Shown here piece after piece: positions 10,005 through 20,504 of a DNA stretch of 64,000 nt (positions are counted from its first letter, which is position 1; every line of letters begins with the position of its first letter). A program made the position numbers and the translations under genes. The stretch lies in assembly GCA_030668825.1 (NCBI GenBank), contig DAOVET010000002.1, forward strand, positions 15,666 through 79,665, given 5' to 3'. This DNA comes from Candidatus Heimdallarchaeota archaeon. GTDB lineage: Archaea; Asgardarchaeota; Heimdallarchaeia; Heimdallarchaeales; Heimdallarchaeaceae. Below the pieces are notes generated by a model, which had not been told where the DNA came from, made no database searches, and worked only from the letters and a program-made list of their open reading frames with translations.

Positions 10005-11018
10005 ATGAAAAGAAAATATATTTTCAGTTTAATTCTAATTGTGGGAATGATTACCGGCATGACAACAACAAATGCATATACTACTACACTTGATTTCACT
10101 GGTGTAACAATCGCATTTGATATCTCTCATGGAGGTTATCACACAACAGAAGCAGACTTAGCTCCCATAATAGGTAATTTAACAGCTGCAGGTAACACAG
10201 TTATCTACATTAATGAAACTTGGGGAATACCCGATAATGTAGCCGCTTTATTCCTAACACAATCAGACGACAATTATACAGCTGCTGAACGAGCAGATAT
10301 TAAAACTTGGTTTGAATTAGGAGATAAATTACTCTGGGTAGCTGGAGACTCTGATTTTGGTGGTTACTACAATCCATGGTCAATAAATCAAGTTCTTGGA
10401 ACCTTAGGTGCTATAGTCAGAATGGCTGGTGTTTCAATTGAAGATTCAGTATACCACGATGGGTCAGCCTATCGTACTGCTCCAAATCAAATTGGTTATG
10501 GAAATGCATTATATGATGATTTAGCTGTCGAACTTACAACTGGTATGACTGCTGGTATAATCGCACATGGTCCAACTGCAATTATGGCATGGAATGGATT
10601 TGATTACAGAGATCTAAGATTAGGAAAATCAGTCTTTCCACTAAAAGTTAATGTGATTATGACTTACAGTGAAAACGCAACTGCTATTGATTCAGATACT
10701 AGCGAGGGCGTTTTAGACATATATGCTGGAACAACTGGAGGACTCTACCCAGCTGTTGTACATGAAAACATGACTGATGTTGGAAGTCACATAATCGCTA
10801 CAAGTGAAGCTATCTATACAAACTACAAGTTTATGTATGGACAAAACACCGAAAATGGCGTATACAATAATGGTACTCACTATGGTCAAATGTTAGTTAA
10901 TAACATCCTCAACTACTTCGTAGTTGAACCAGAAGAACCAACCAAAACCAATGCATTTGCTCTAATTCCATTAGCTGCAATTGGTGTAATTTACGCTATT
11001 TCCCGCAGAAAGAAATAA
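10005..11018 (+). CDS. secreted, C-terminally anchored protein with GATase-like/DUF4350-type domain
   Basis: Signal peptide; IAFDISHG, YTAAERADIKTWF and LWVAGDSD motifs; C-terminal TM + RRKK. Confidence 0.65.
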   Translation: MKRKYIFSLILIVGMITGMTTTNAYTTTLDFTGVTIAFDISHGGYHTTEADLAPIIGNLTAAGNTVIYINETWGIPDNVAALFLTQSDDNYTAAERADIKTWFELGDKLLWVAGDSDFGGYYNPWSINQVLGTLGAIVRMAGVSIEDSVYHDGSAYRTAPNQIGYGNALYDDLAVELTTGMTAGIIAHGPTAIMAWNGFDYRDLRLGKSVFPLKVNVIMTYSENATAIDSDTSEGVLDIYAGTTGGLYPAVVHENMTDVGSHIIATSEAIYTNYKFMYGQNTENGVYNNGTHYGQMLVNNILNYFVVEPEEPTKTNAFALIPLAAIGVIYAISRRKK

Positions 11019-11156
11019 TCCACTTCTTTTCTTTTTTCTTTTTCTTTTAGTTTAAAGTAAATCCCTATGGGAAGATATTTTTGAGGAAATAATTTTTCAT
11101 CTAAATTGTTAAATATCAATTTCTTAAATGATAATTGTAATAAAAGAGTGAGAAAC

Positions 11157-11570
11157 ATGGTTATCATATGGGGTTACACACCTTCTGAAGCTCTACCAAA
11201 TAGCAAAATCATTGGAGAAGGAGTTAACGAAATCAAGCAGCTATTTTCAGCTATACTTTTTAAAACTGGAATTAAGGGAATTTGTGTAAATCTAGAAGGA
11301 ATCTCAAAAAAACCTGTTGTTAAACTAAGTTTGGTGATTGATTCTGAATCAATCTATGAAACTAGTTTTTCACCAGAAAGAGCAAGAGAATACTCATACG
11401 AATTGGATGAGACAGTTTTTCCCAAAACAAAAATAGAGGTTGTGATGTCGGTTTCCAATGGATCAGTTGAAGTTGCTATTTCTCCAATTGGAATAGGAAT
11501 GGGGTTTCAAAAACAGGATGGTGAATTTGTTCCAACAAATCACTTAGCTCTAGGCGTAATTATTCTTTAA
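11157..11570 (+). CDS. hypothetical protein (beta-rich)
   Basis: ORF; the ATG at 11157 is preferred to the upstream TTG. Confidence 0.55.
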   Translation: MVIIWGYTPSEALPNSKIIGEGVNEIKQLFSAILFKTGIKGICVNLEGISKKPVVKLSLVIDSESIYETSFSPERAREYSYELDETVFPKTKIEVVMSVSNGSVEVAISPIGIGMGFQKQDGEFVPTNHLALGVIIL

Positions 11571-12073
11571 TACTCTAGTTTCTTTCTCATTGATAGTAAT
11601 TTAACAGAATAACCCAAATTCTCGTAAAATTCCGCACCACCTTCATTCAGAAGATGCACATACAACGTTAATTCATCAGCTTGATTCTCTCTAGCAAAAT
11701 CCTTCTCGAATTTTGCCATCAGTTTCGTACCTATTCCTTGTCGTCTAAAACTTTCAAATACTGCTATGTCTGAGATATGAGCTATTACTCGTTTCTTGAA
11801 GAAACCTGAATGTTTCTTTGTATAACCAAACAAGAACCCAATTATTTCTTCTTCTACTTTAGCCACATAAACTATTTGCGTTGGCTCATGTAATGCTTTT
11901 GAGACCATAAAACTGAAGTTTATTTTTCCATCTTTATCTAAGGTAAAATCCTCATCGATTTGTGAATGCCAATCTATAGTCTCAACCCAGATATTTACAA
12001 TGTCTTTGACATCCTCTTTTTTTGCCTTTGATATTTTTACTTCTCTTAGGGCATCTGTTTTTGGGTTCATCAT
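11567..12073 (-). CDS. GNAT family N-acetyltransferase
   Basis: IAVFESFRRQGIGTKLM acetyl-CoA motif; N…A…FYENLGY. Confidence 0.9.
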   Translation of the reverse strand: MMNPKTDALREVKISKAKKEDVKDIVNIWVETIDWHSQIDEDFTLDKDGKINFSFMVSKALHEPTQIVYVAKVEEEIIGFLFGYTKKHSGFFKKRVIAHISDIAVFESFRRQGIGTKLMAKFEKDFARENQADELTLYVHLLNEGGAEFYENLGYSVKLLSMRKKLEY

Positions 12074-12225
12074 ATGATAGTATACTTACTAGTTTCTATT
12101 TTTTGCTATAGGTAAGACTCAAGAAATTTGTTTAGAAGATAGTGAGCAATCTTTTTATTATTCATTTTTTTACTCGTCTATTAGTACTTATGGAACATTA
12201 GAATTATGTATAGGTGAAGTAATTC

Positions 12226-13482
12226 ATGTTGATAAATAACCCAACAAAAAAAGTTGATTATAAAGAGAGAGATTTGTCAAATATTCTCAAATTTAGAGAG
12301 AAAAAATTTATCACAGATTTAGATGTTTTCAATAAGCAAGTGTTAGTAAGAGTCGATTACAATGTTCCAATTGATAAGAATGGGAAAATTACAGATACAA
12401 GAAGAATATCAAATACTTTACCAACTCTTAACTATTTGCTAAAAGAGAAGTGCAGAATAATTCTGATTTCACATCTAGGAAGACCTGATGGAAAAGTTGT
12501 AGAATCTCTTAGAATGGACCCCATTCATAAGAAATTGAAGGAGTTCTTTCCAGAAACCAATGTCTACAAAGTAGATGACTGTATTGGGAAAGAAGTGGAA
12601 AGCAAAGCTTCCAAGTTGAAGAACGAAGAAATACTTCTTCTGGAAAATCCGAGATTCCACAAAGAAGAAAAAGATAATGATCCAGAATTTGCAGCAAAAT
12701 TGGCTAAACTAGCTGATGTCTATGTAGACGATGCTTTTGCTACTGCTCATAGAAAACAAGCTTCGACTTATGGGGTTTGTTCATTTTTCAAAGAGAAGGG
12801 ATATGGTTTTCTTGTAGAAAAAGAGTTGAAATTCTTGTCATCCAGTATAGAAAAACCTCAAAGACCATTTACAGTAATTTTAGGAGGAAAAAAAGTTAAA
12901 GACAAACTTGGAGTGATAAAGAATCTAATTGGTTTAGCAGATAATATCTTGATTGGGGGCGGTATGGCTTATACATTCCTTCTAGCTAAAGGATATCAAA
13001 TTGGGAAATCTGTCAAGGATTTATCTAAACTTGAAGAGATCAGAGATTATCTCAGAGATGAAACTCATGGAACTAGAATTTTCATCCCAAAAGATGTGCT
13101 AGTATGCGATGAAATTGAAAATCCAAAGAAAATAAAAATTGTTCCGGTAACTGAAATTGGAGAAAATGATATAGGCGTAGATATTGGTCCTGAAACCATC
13201 AAAATTTTTAATCGCATCTTAGCAGAATCAAAACAAGTTGTATGGAATGGACCTATGGGTGTTTTTGAACAGAAAGAATTTGAAAATGGAACAAAAGAAA
13301 TAGCTAGATATTTAGCTGAAAGCGATATTGTTACGATTATTGGTGGGGGAGATAGTGCTGCAGCAATTGAGAAATTTGATTATCAAGACAATATGTCATT
13401 CATTTCTACCGGTGGGGGTGCAAGCCTTGATGTTATGCGAGGTGCCCTTTTACCTGCAATCGATTGTTTATCAGATAAGTGA
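12226..13482 (+). CDS. pgk: phosphoglycerate kinase
   Basis: RVDYNVP, SHLGRP, LLENPRF, DAFATAHR, WNGPMGVFE, GGGDS, STGGGASL. Confidence 0.97.
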   Translation: MLINNPTKKVDYKERDLSNILKFREKKFITDLDVFNKQVLVRVDYNVPIDKNGKITDTRRISNTLPTLNYLLKEKCRIILISHLGRPDGKVVESLRMDPIHKKLKEFFPETNVYKVDDCIGKEVESKASKLKNEEILLLENPRFHKEEKDNDPEFAAKLAKLADVYVDDAFATAHRKQASTYGVCSFFKEKGYGFLVEKELKFLSSSIEKPQRPFTVILGGKKVKDKLGVIKNLIGLADNILIGGGMAYTFLLAKGYQIGKSVKDLSKLEEIRDYLRDETHGTRIFIPKDVLVCDEIENPKKIKIVPVTEIGENDIGVDIGPETIKIFNRILAESKQVVWNGPMGVFEQKEFENGTKEIARYLAESDIVTIIGGGDSAAAIEKFDYQDNMSFISTGGGASLDVMRGALLPAIDCLSDK

Positions 13483-15072
13483 TTAAAACATCCATATGAA
13501 ATATAACAAGAGAGAAACAATAGCTCCCATAATAATACTAAAAAGATTAACAAAATCATTTCTTAGCCATTTAACACCAGAATAATATTCTGTCTCCACT
13601 TCACAATGTACTTTTTTCTCTGTAATTTTTTCACATATAGTACATCTGTTTAGTTTCTGAATGGTACAAGCAAAAATACTATCAAAATATGAACCTATTA
13701 AACCACCCACTATTACGGGAATGATGAACGCCCACATTGAAGTAGGGAATACAGTAAAATTATCAATGAAGCTAACTCCAAATCCTGAGAATGCAATAAT
13801 TACTGCTCCTAAGACTGAAGCTAAAAGACCTAGTATTGATACAGCGCCAGGTGATCCCTGTTCAGCTTTAATCCATGGTTTGATAGATGACCTTGGTTTG
13901 AATTTAGATAAAGCACCAATTTCTGTTCCAAGAGTATCAGCTAAACTAACAGCAATTGCCCCTCCAGCAATAACAGTGATAATGGGGTCTCTAAAAAGTA
14001 TCACTAAGAAAGCTAAAAATGCGGGTAAAACGCTATTGACCATTGCTTGAACGCTATCTCTTCGAGTATCACCCTTCTCAAATTCTTGACTTATGGATTT
14101 CTTCTTGTTTTTTCCAAGAAAAGTAGTTAAACTTCCAAGAACAAAAAATGTGATATACATAACTCCCCATGTCCACGAACCAAGACCAAGAATTACTAAA
14201 CCAAAGTATAAACCAGCTAATGCTCCATCCCAGGTTAATGCCTTAAGAATGATTCCAGAAACAGCTAATAACAAACCAACAGCTGCTCCCGCTATTATGG
14301 CATTATTTGATAGTGATGAAACAAAGGAAAACGAAGTTTTATACAGAATAAACAATACAATTGCATTTGCGGCTGGAACTGCAATATTATCAAATCCTTT
14401 AGGAGTTAATGCTTCAACAAAAGCTGTAATAAAACCAGTCAACAATCCAAGATAAACAGATAATACAACCGTTTGAGATAGGATCAAACAACTGATTGTA
14501 ACTGCTCCAAAGGTTGCAAATGCAGCAGACCAACTTCCTAGTAATGTTTTTGTCCCTCCCCAAATATTGTATGCTTTGTCATTTCCAAACTTAGAGCCTA
14601 TTACAGCACTTATTCCATCCCCCCAAACTAAAGGCATGAATGCTCCAAAAAGAATGATATTTGTTGGATTGGTTTTATCTGGACTGAAGAATAAAACAAC
14701 CAGAGTAGTTAAAGAAATTGCATAAAAAACTGTACCATAAGTATGTCCTTCGCTTACACCTTTTAATCGGAATTTCTTAATCGGGGAGCCAGGACCTGTA
14801 AAATAAGTGAAGGGAATAAAGAAAACCGGTCCTATCATTGCAAACCATATATTGGTAAAAACAAAAGGAAATAAGAGAACTACATTCCCTACAGATAGAT
14901 GAACAATTTTCCTTGAGGTGCTTCCTGATACTTTATCTTTTCTTCTTAGAATTTCAGCGATGAAAAGTGAAAGGAGAACAAAGACAAAAAGTGCTGCTAA
15001 ACCAATGATGTCAGAAATTGCTATTTTAGTAGGTAATGAGAAATCCAATTTATTTCCTCTTTTAATTCTCAA
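13483..15072 (-). CDS. fusion of phytol/dolichol-kinase (CTP-dependent) domain and DUF92 (TMEM19/VTE6) domain
   Basis: N-half: RKIVH, GDGISAVIG, KTLLGS, E…GFDNIAVP. C-half: R…QAMVN, ADTLGTEIG, GAVSILG, GSYFDSIF, NDFVN. Confidence 0.85.
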   Translation of the reverse strand: MRIKRGNKLDFSLPTKIAISDIIGLAALFVFVLLSLFIAEILRRKDKVSGSTSRKIVHLSVGNVVLLFPFVFTNIWFAMIGPVFFIPFTYFTGPGSPIKKFRLKGVSEGHTYGTVFYAISLTTLVVLFFSPDKTNPTNIILFGAFMPLVWGDGISAVIGSKFGNDKAYNIWGGTKTLLGSWSAAFATFGAVTISCLILSQTVVLSVYLGLLTGFITAFVEALTPKGFDNIAVPAANAIVLFILYKTSFSFVSSLSNNAIIAGAAVGLLLAVSGIILKALTWDGALAGLYFGLVILGLGSWTWGVMYITFFVLGSLTTFLGKNKKKSISQEFEKGDTRRDSVQAMVNSVLPAFLAFLVILFRDPIITVIAGGAIAVSLADTLGTEIGALSKFKPRSSIKPWIKAEQGSPGAVSILGLLASVLGAVIIAFSGFGVSFIDNFTVFPTSMWAFIIPVIVGGLIGSYFDSIFACTIQKLNRCTICEKITEKKVHCEVETEYYSGVKWLRNDFVNLFSIIMGAIVSLLLYFIWMF

Positions 15073-15102
15073 TTACTTCAGAGATAGCAAGTCATTAAAA
15101 AT

Positions 15103-15702
15103 CTACTGCTCGCTAAATGCATCTCCTTTATTAAAGCTCTCTACTGCTTTTGCTCTATCAACAGCATCAACCATTCCATCACATCTGGGATGATAAAACT
15201 GATCGCAGTTTCTACAAACTTGTTCATTCTTCCTATTTCTAAATCCAGTAAAATAAGCTCTGCTTGTAAAGTAGAGAAAGAGAGTTATGAGAATGACTGC
15301 AAACGCCCACCAATTCATTGCCTGAGCAAGGGTAACTATAGAAAGAATGATCGATAAACCTGCTGAAATCATAGCAATTCCAAGAAGGAAACGACATATG
15401 TCTTTAATTAAACGAGGAGGTTCAAGAAACGCACTAATGGGGGTAAAAATGAATAAAGACACTGTGGCAACAAAAGCCATCCAGAATGTTACTTTAAGAA
15501 CAAAAACCATTATAGGTGCTAGAATCAAACCAGCAATCATCCCGCCATAGAGATTAATACATCCTCTACATACTTTGTGACCCCTTATTATATACATGTG
15601 ATCATCGAAATTCTTACACAATGGATGATGAGCTAATCTATATGGGGAAAGCATCCACTTTTCTCGTCTAGACATCTTTTCTTTCTGCTTCATCTTTATC
15701 AC
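15103..15702 (-). CDS. DUF2085-like membrane protein with Cys/His motifs
   Basis: AHHPLC…H…VCRGC, four TM helices, C-terminal CxxC…C. The true start may be 15693 or 15675. Confidence 0.6.
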   Translation of the reverse strand: MIKMKQKEKMSRREKWMLSPYRLAHHPLCKNFDDHMYIIRGHKVCRGCINLYGGMIAGLILAPIMVFVLKVTFWMAFVATVSLFIFTPISAFLEPPRLIKDICRFLLGIAMISAGLSIILSIVTLAQAMNWWAFAVILITLFLYFTSRAYFTGFRNRKNEQVCRNCDQFYHPRCDGMVDAVDRAKAVESFNKGDAFSEQ

Positions 15703-17677
15703 TTAAATATATCACATATAATGTATTTATGGCAATACTACTTATCAAATATAGTAGTATTAACAAGTTCTCTTCGCTAATCTTGTCTTGAAATTCTGTT
15801 ATTTTAACACTCATTCTTGTAAACATCTGATTAAACTTTTGTTCTAGGAGTTGATTACCAAATGTTACGTTAATGGGATTAAAATGCTTTTTTAATAATT
15901 CTATAAGAATTAATTGCTTTTGTTTAATTATTAACTGAAAATCTAATGGAAGTTTTTCCGTCCAATCAATTTTCTGAAGATATTTTTTTGAGATATATTT
16001 GTGTTTAATACTGAAAAAAATTGAATCTAGCAAGGTAAGCAGGTCTACTAAAGACAGCTCACTTAATTTCTTATTATCCAAAGATAAGACTTTAAGTACC
16101 TCTTCTAAAGGAGGTTCATCTTCATTTTCTGAATTGATTTCTTCTGTATCTTTTTTTATTCTGACACTCATTTGCTTTAATATTTCTTCTTTTTTTTCAG
16201 TCGAAGAAAAATTTAGAATGTTGTGTAATGTCTCTTGTAGAATATACAGAGAACGCTCAATTTCTGAAAACTTCAATAAAACAGTAAATTCATCCTTTAT
16301 GTTTTTTAACTTAACATTTTCTAATAAATAGAAAGTTCTAAGAATAAGTGAGTATCTCTGCTTATTCTTTACTTGAACATATCTGAATATGTTCTTCAAA
16401 ACTTTAATACATTTACGAAAATCTCCTTGTAAAAAGTATATCTCAAAAAGCATATCCAATATTTCTGCTATAGCAGAATCTTTGTATTTAACTGCTAAAT
16501 CCCTTCCTTGTTCTGCAAATACTGTAGCTTGTTCATACTTCCCTAACTTAAGATATATTTGCGCTTTAGAATGGTAAATTGCGATAAGACTCCGCTTGTC
16601 TTTAATTTCTGCTCCTATTTCTTCAAGCTCATTCAGTATCTCTAATGCTTCATCTAGTTTATTCTGAATAACTGCTACCTGACTCAGCATCTGTTTTAAT
16701 TTTCCATAATCTGGTAACATCTCAACAAATTTCCCTTGTGTCAGACGATGAATACTATCAATTCCCAGCTTAATTACGTTCCTTGCTTTGATAACTTGTT
16801 TTTCTTTTAACAGCGCTTCAGCAAAGATATCTATAAGGGGAATATGAGCTCTGGTAATCTCAACTGCTTCCTTGTTTTCTAAATATTCAAGATTAGTTAT
16901 CACTTGATCAAAATTCTTAAGACTATAATACAATCTTGCTTTGGTATTGAGTACGCTGTGGAATCCTTTCTCATGATTAATTTCCTTGAACACTTCTTCA
17001 GCTTTAATCAGAAATTCGTTGGCAAGTTCCTCGTTAAGTTGATTTGCATATATAGAGCCAAGATTTAGAGAAACTGTAGCTTCTCCTAGTATATCTTTAG
17101 TTTGTTTTCTCAAATTTAGACTTTTGAAATAATAATTAATAGCTTCATCATACTCACCAAGATAGAAATGCAACCCCCCCAAACTAGAATATGTGTGTGC
17201 TTGACCTTCTTCATTCATGTAAATTTGATCTATAGATAATGCCATCTGAAAGAGTTTCTTACTCTCCTCGAAATTTCCCTGTTCCATGTGGAGATTAGCT
17301 AAATTATGGTATATTGCAGCTCTAGTATCATCGTTGAGTGAAGACTCATGAAGTTCAAGTAATTCGGAATAAATCTCCATAGCTTGTTTTTTTTCACCTA
17401 TGCGTCTTAGAATCTTGGCATATTCTATTTTTGCATCAAATACCTCTTTCTTAGGAAGTTGATGTAATTCTAGTATTTCCATCACTTCTTTAATATTCTC
17501 AAAAGCTTGCTTATTTTCACCTAAGAAATAATATGCCTTTGCTAAAACAAAGTAATAGTTTTTTTTATCTATGTTACTCATTTTTTGATTTAATTCTCTA
17601 TGAGCTAACTTGATAATACTGGTGTAATCATGATCTTTAAACATTTTTTGAAGTTCTTCAGCTAAATAGTCAACCAT
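15668..17677 (-). CDS. tetratricopeptide repeat protein
   Basis: Repeated TPR motifs (AAIYHNLANLH…G…EES…F; AHTYSSLGGLHFYLGEYDEAINYY). Confidence 0.85.
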   Translation of the reverse strand: MVDYLAEELQKMFKDHDYTSIIKLAHRELNQKMSNIDKKNYYFVLAKAYYFLGENKQAFENIKEVMEILELHQLPKKEVFDAKIEYAKILRRIGEKKQAMEIYSELLELHESSLNDDTRAAIYHNLANLHMEQGNFEESKKLFQMALSIDQIYMNEEGQAHTYSSLGGLHFYLGEYDEAINYYFKSLNLRKQTKDILGEATVSLNLGSIYANQLNEELANEFLIKAEEVFKEINHEKGFHSVLNTKARLYYSLKNFDQVITNLEYLENKEAVEITRAHIPLIDIFAEALLKEKQVIKARNVIKLGIDSIHRLTQGKFVEMLPDYGKLKQMLSQVAVIQNKLDEALEILNELEEIGAEIKDKRSLIAIYHSKAQIYLKLGKYEQATVFAEQGRDLAVKYKDSAIAEILDMLFEIYFLQGDFRKCIKVLKNIFRYVQVKNKQRYSLILRTFYLLENVKLKNIKDEFTVLLKFSEIERSLYILQETLHNILNFSSTEKKEEILKQMSVRIKKDTEEINSENEDEPPLEEVLKVLSLDNKKLSELSLVDLLTLLDSIFFSIKHKYISKKYLQKIDWTEKLPLDFQLIIKQKQLILIELLKKHFNPINVTFGNQLLEQKFNQMFTRMSVKITEFQDKISEENLLILLYLISSIAINTLYVIYLSDKDEAERKDV

Positions 17678-17711
17678 TTTTCCATCATCAATATATTAGA
17701 TATGCAACAAG

Positions 17712-18269
17712 TTAGCTTCTATCTTCTAGCACTATTGTATTAGCTACGAAATCTCCTATTCTTCTACCTTCATCATTACATAAAGGAACAAAAACATCTA
17801 TTATACTAATAAAACATAATGTTCGAACACATGCTTGCCCTGCTGTAATTGGTAAACCTGTATCATAATCAACCACCATTAGTTTCATCATCCCTTTTCC
17901 AAAACCTTTACCGGTTTCAGGAATAATGTCTCTGAAACACCCTAGAGGTGGACAGAAAGAAGAAATACAATTATCAATAATATAAGCTACAAACCTATCA
18001 CCATAACTAGCTCTTAACTGAGCGTATGCATGCTTGGGAATACCACCACCAGATACTGGCATTGGTTGAGCAGGAGCATATGGTTGTGTTGGTGCATAAG
18101 GTTGAGGTGGAACATATGGAGCTTGTTGAGCAGGTGTCTCATATTGAGGTTTTTGAGCTTTCGGAGATGGAGCTGAATCCTCTACTAATTTTTTTCCGCA
18201 ATTTAAACAAAACTTATCTGCTGTAGCAGTAGATGAGCCACAATTTGGGCAGAAATATTTTTTGGACAA
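17712..18269 (-). CDS. zinc-ribbon + Pro/Gln/Tyr-rich linker + RDD family protein
   Basis: CPNCG…FCLNCG; QPYAP repeats; RFVAYIID…GK…L.VV…RRIGD.VA.T.V (RDD). Confidence 0.8.
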   Translation of the reverse strand: MSKKYFCPNCGSSTATADKFCLNCGKKLVEDSAPSPKAQKPQYETPAQQAPYVPPQPYAPTQPYAPAQPMPVSGGGIPKHAYAQLRASYGDRFVAYIIDNCISSFCPPLGCFRDIIPETGKGFGKGMMKLMVVDYDTGLPITAGQACVRTLCFISIIDVFVPLCNDEGRRIGDFVANTIVLEDRS

Positions 18270-18370
18270 TTTAAAACACCACTATATTATATTAACTGTC
18301 ACTCTCCCAGTATTTAAGTATATTTTAATTAAATGAGAGAAAAAATATCTTAGCCAATTTTGAATCCAAA

Positions 18371-19594
18371 TCATTTTGATTCCTTAATGATTTTAGTATA
18401 TGCTTTAAGTAGTTTTTTTCCTACTACAGGATAATCAAAATTTTTAAGAGCGTGTTTTTGTGATTTGAAAGCAACTTCCTGGATTTTCTCTTTATTCTTA
18501 ATTATACCCAATACCTTGTCAACTAGTGCAACTTCATCATTTGCAGGATATAACCAATCACAATTAGGGGGTATCATCTCATTCATTGGAGGTTTATCAA
18601 CCGCTATCACAGGCAAGCCAGAAGCCATTGCTTCAATAAGTGGAGTACCAAAACTACCTTCTTCAGCAGGATAAAGAAGAACGTCACCTATATGAAACGC
18701 TAATAGGAGCTCTTTATCATCAATGTATCCTGTTATTATAACTGAATCTTCAATCCCAAGATTTACTACATCTTCTTTTATCTTTGATAGAAGGGGACCA
18801 TCTCCAACGACCAGAAAAGCAATTTTTGCGTTTCTTTTAAGTATCTCAGGGAAATATTGAACCACTTCATGTTGGGATTTTCTGTTGATATACGGACCCT
18901 GCATTAAAACAATGGATTTTCCTTGATCCAAATCATATTTGTCTCTAAAGGATTCCAAATCCTCCAGTTTTGGAATTTGTGAGAAAGTTTTGCAATTTAG
19001 TGAGTGGGGAATGATGATTACTTTCTCTTTCATACTTTTTGATAACCTTTTAATTTTTTCTAATAAAGAAGCTGATGTTGTTACTATATTATCACAGTAT
19101 TTCACAATTCGTCTAAGAAGTCTAGAATATGGGCGTTTTACCCACATTCTTGATTTGAAATTCCCAATTGTAACTGCTCCATGAACAGAAACAACTAAAG
19201 GGATGTCTATTTGATTCCTTTTCTTAGCTTTAGCAAAATAAAATGCTGCTACTTCAGTTGCATGTATCAGATATATATCCACTTCTGATTTCAGTTCAGT
19301 ATATACATCAAATGCTTGCTTAGAGAAACTTCGGTGATTTTTAGCATAGAAATGTGTTAAGGTGCTATAGGCACCTCTTGCAGAAATTTGTTCTGGAAGA
19401 TAATAAAAATGGATGTTTTCTCTATTCAATAATTCATCATTTGAGGACAGTTTTGTTGTGGTTGCAACATAGATTTCTATCCCTTGGTTTGCTAATGAGT
19501 GTACTAATGAATATGCATACCTACGAAGCCCCGCCATAGGTCCAACATAAGGAGGTCCTATCTCTATCGTAGGAATGAAGATAGAGAAAGCCAT
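18371..19594 (-). CDS. glycosyltransferase family 4 (GT-B)
   Basis: SFGTPLIEAMASGLPVIA; VVGDGP. Confidence 0.9.
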   Translation of the reverse strand: MAFSIFIPTIEIGPPYVGPMAGLRRYAYSLVHSLANQGIEIYVATTTKLSSNDELLNRENIHFYYLPEQISARGAYSTLTHFYAKNHRSFSKQAFDVYTELKSEVDIYLIHATEVAAFYFAKAKKRNQIDIPLVVSVHGAVTIGNFKSRMWVKRPYSRLLRRIVKYCDNIVTTSASLLEKIKRLSKSMKEKVIIIPHSLNCKTFSQIPKLEDLESFRDKYDLDQGKSIVLMQGPYINRKSQHEVVQYFPEILKRNAKIAFLVVGDGPLLSKIKEDVVNLGIEDSVIITGYIDDKELLLAFHIGDVLLYPAEEGSFGTPLIEAMASGLPVIAVDKPPMNEMIPPNCDWLYPANDEVALVDKVLGIIKNKEKIQEVAFKSQKHALKNFDYPVVGKKLLKAYTKIIKESK

Positions 19595-19697
19595 GTGTAG
19601 AAATTTAAAGTAACTACAAAAGCATTTTGGTGAAATTCTATTTTATATAGAACATTCAATATTTGTCCAACCACAATAATAAAAAAAAGACTATCGC

Positions 19698-20495
19698 TTG
19701 TTAGTACATATGATAGATATAGAAGATGTAATTTACGACCAAGTTTATGAGAACGGTTTTTCATCAAAATCCTTACTGTTAATAAGAGAAAATCTTAGTC
19801 AAATATCTGCAGAATTTCTTACTGATCTCTTAGTAGAAAATATCAATGTTCATACGCAATATAGTATATTAATAGAGTTCCTTACAGAGATATGGTCCCA
19901 AAATACTAACTCCAGTTCAAATTTACTAAATTATATCAGTGGAGTTCTCCATAAACTGTTTTACCTTGCTCGTGAATATCCTTTAGGGAAAGAAATACCT
20001 GACTATGTTACTAATGAGATTACTGAATTTCATCAAATGCTATGTGATTTTAGATTAGAATGCTTGGAACAGGACGTAACCCTACAAGATGAATCTATTA
20101 AAAGAATTAATTCATTCAAAGAGCTTTTTGAAATTATAGATCAACAAACAAAATTACCACAAAATATTAACGAAATGTTTCGAATAGGTGCAACATTATT
20201 TTATCTATTTTCTCAAAATGAAAATCAGAAGTTAAGAAATATTGATGAACTTAGTCTCTATCTCTCAAGATGTTTAATCCTTTGGAGATTAGATGCTTTA
20301 ACTGATGAAGAAATTCAAATATGTTTTGAACAAGCAACAGTTAAATTTTCTGAAGAGCTGAATTTAAAGAAGTTTGAAAATATCTTGGCGTTAGAAATAC
20401 AAAATTATCAATTCTTACAATATGGAATCAGCCATGGGATGATTAAAAATACTGCAAGGACATTCTTTGAAATTTATTCAATTAAAAAAGCTTGA
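19698..20495 (+). CDS. hypothetical protein (all-helical)
   Basis: 265-aa ORF; the start may be the ATG at 19710. Confidence 0.6.
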   Translation: MLVHMIDIEDVIYDQVYENGFSSKSLLLIRENLSQISAEFLTDLLVENINVHTQYSILIEFLTEIWSQNTNSSSNLLNYISGVLHKLFYLAREYPLGKEIPDYVTNEITEFHQMLCDFRLECLEQDVTLQDESIKRINSFKELFEIIDQQTKLPQNINEMFRIGATLFYLFSQNENQKLRNIDELSLYLSRCLILWRLDALTDEEIQICFEQATVKFSEELNLKKFENILALEIQNYQFLQYGISHGMIKNTARTFFEIYSIKKA

Positions 20496-20504
20496 AATAT
20501 CAAT

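Noticed and set aside
13661-15550. Several plus-strand ORFs opposite the membrane-protein genes (similar ones occur elsewhere in the track)
   Set aside because: Antisense shadows of hydrophobic coding sequence with no motifs or RBS.
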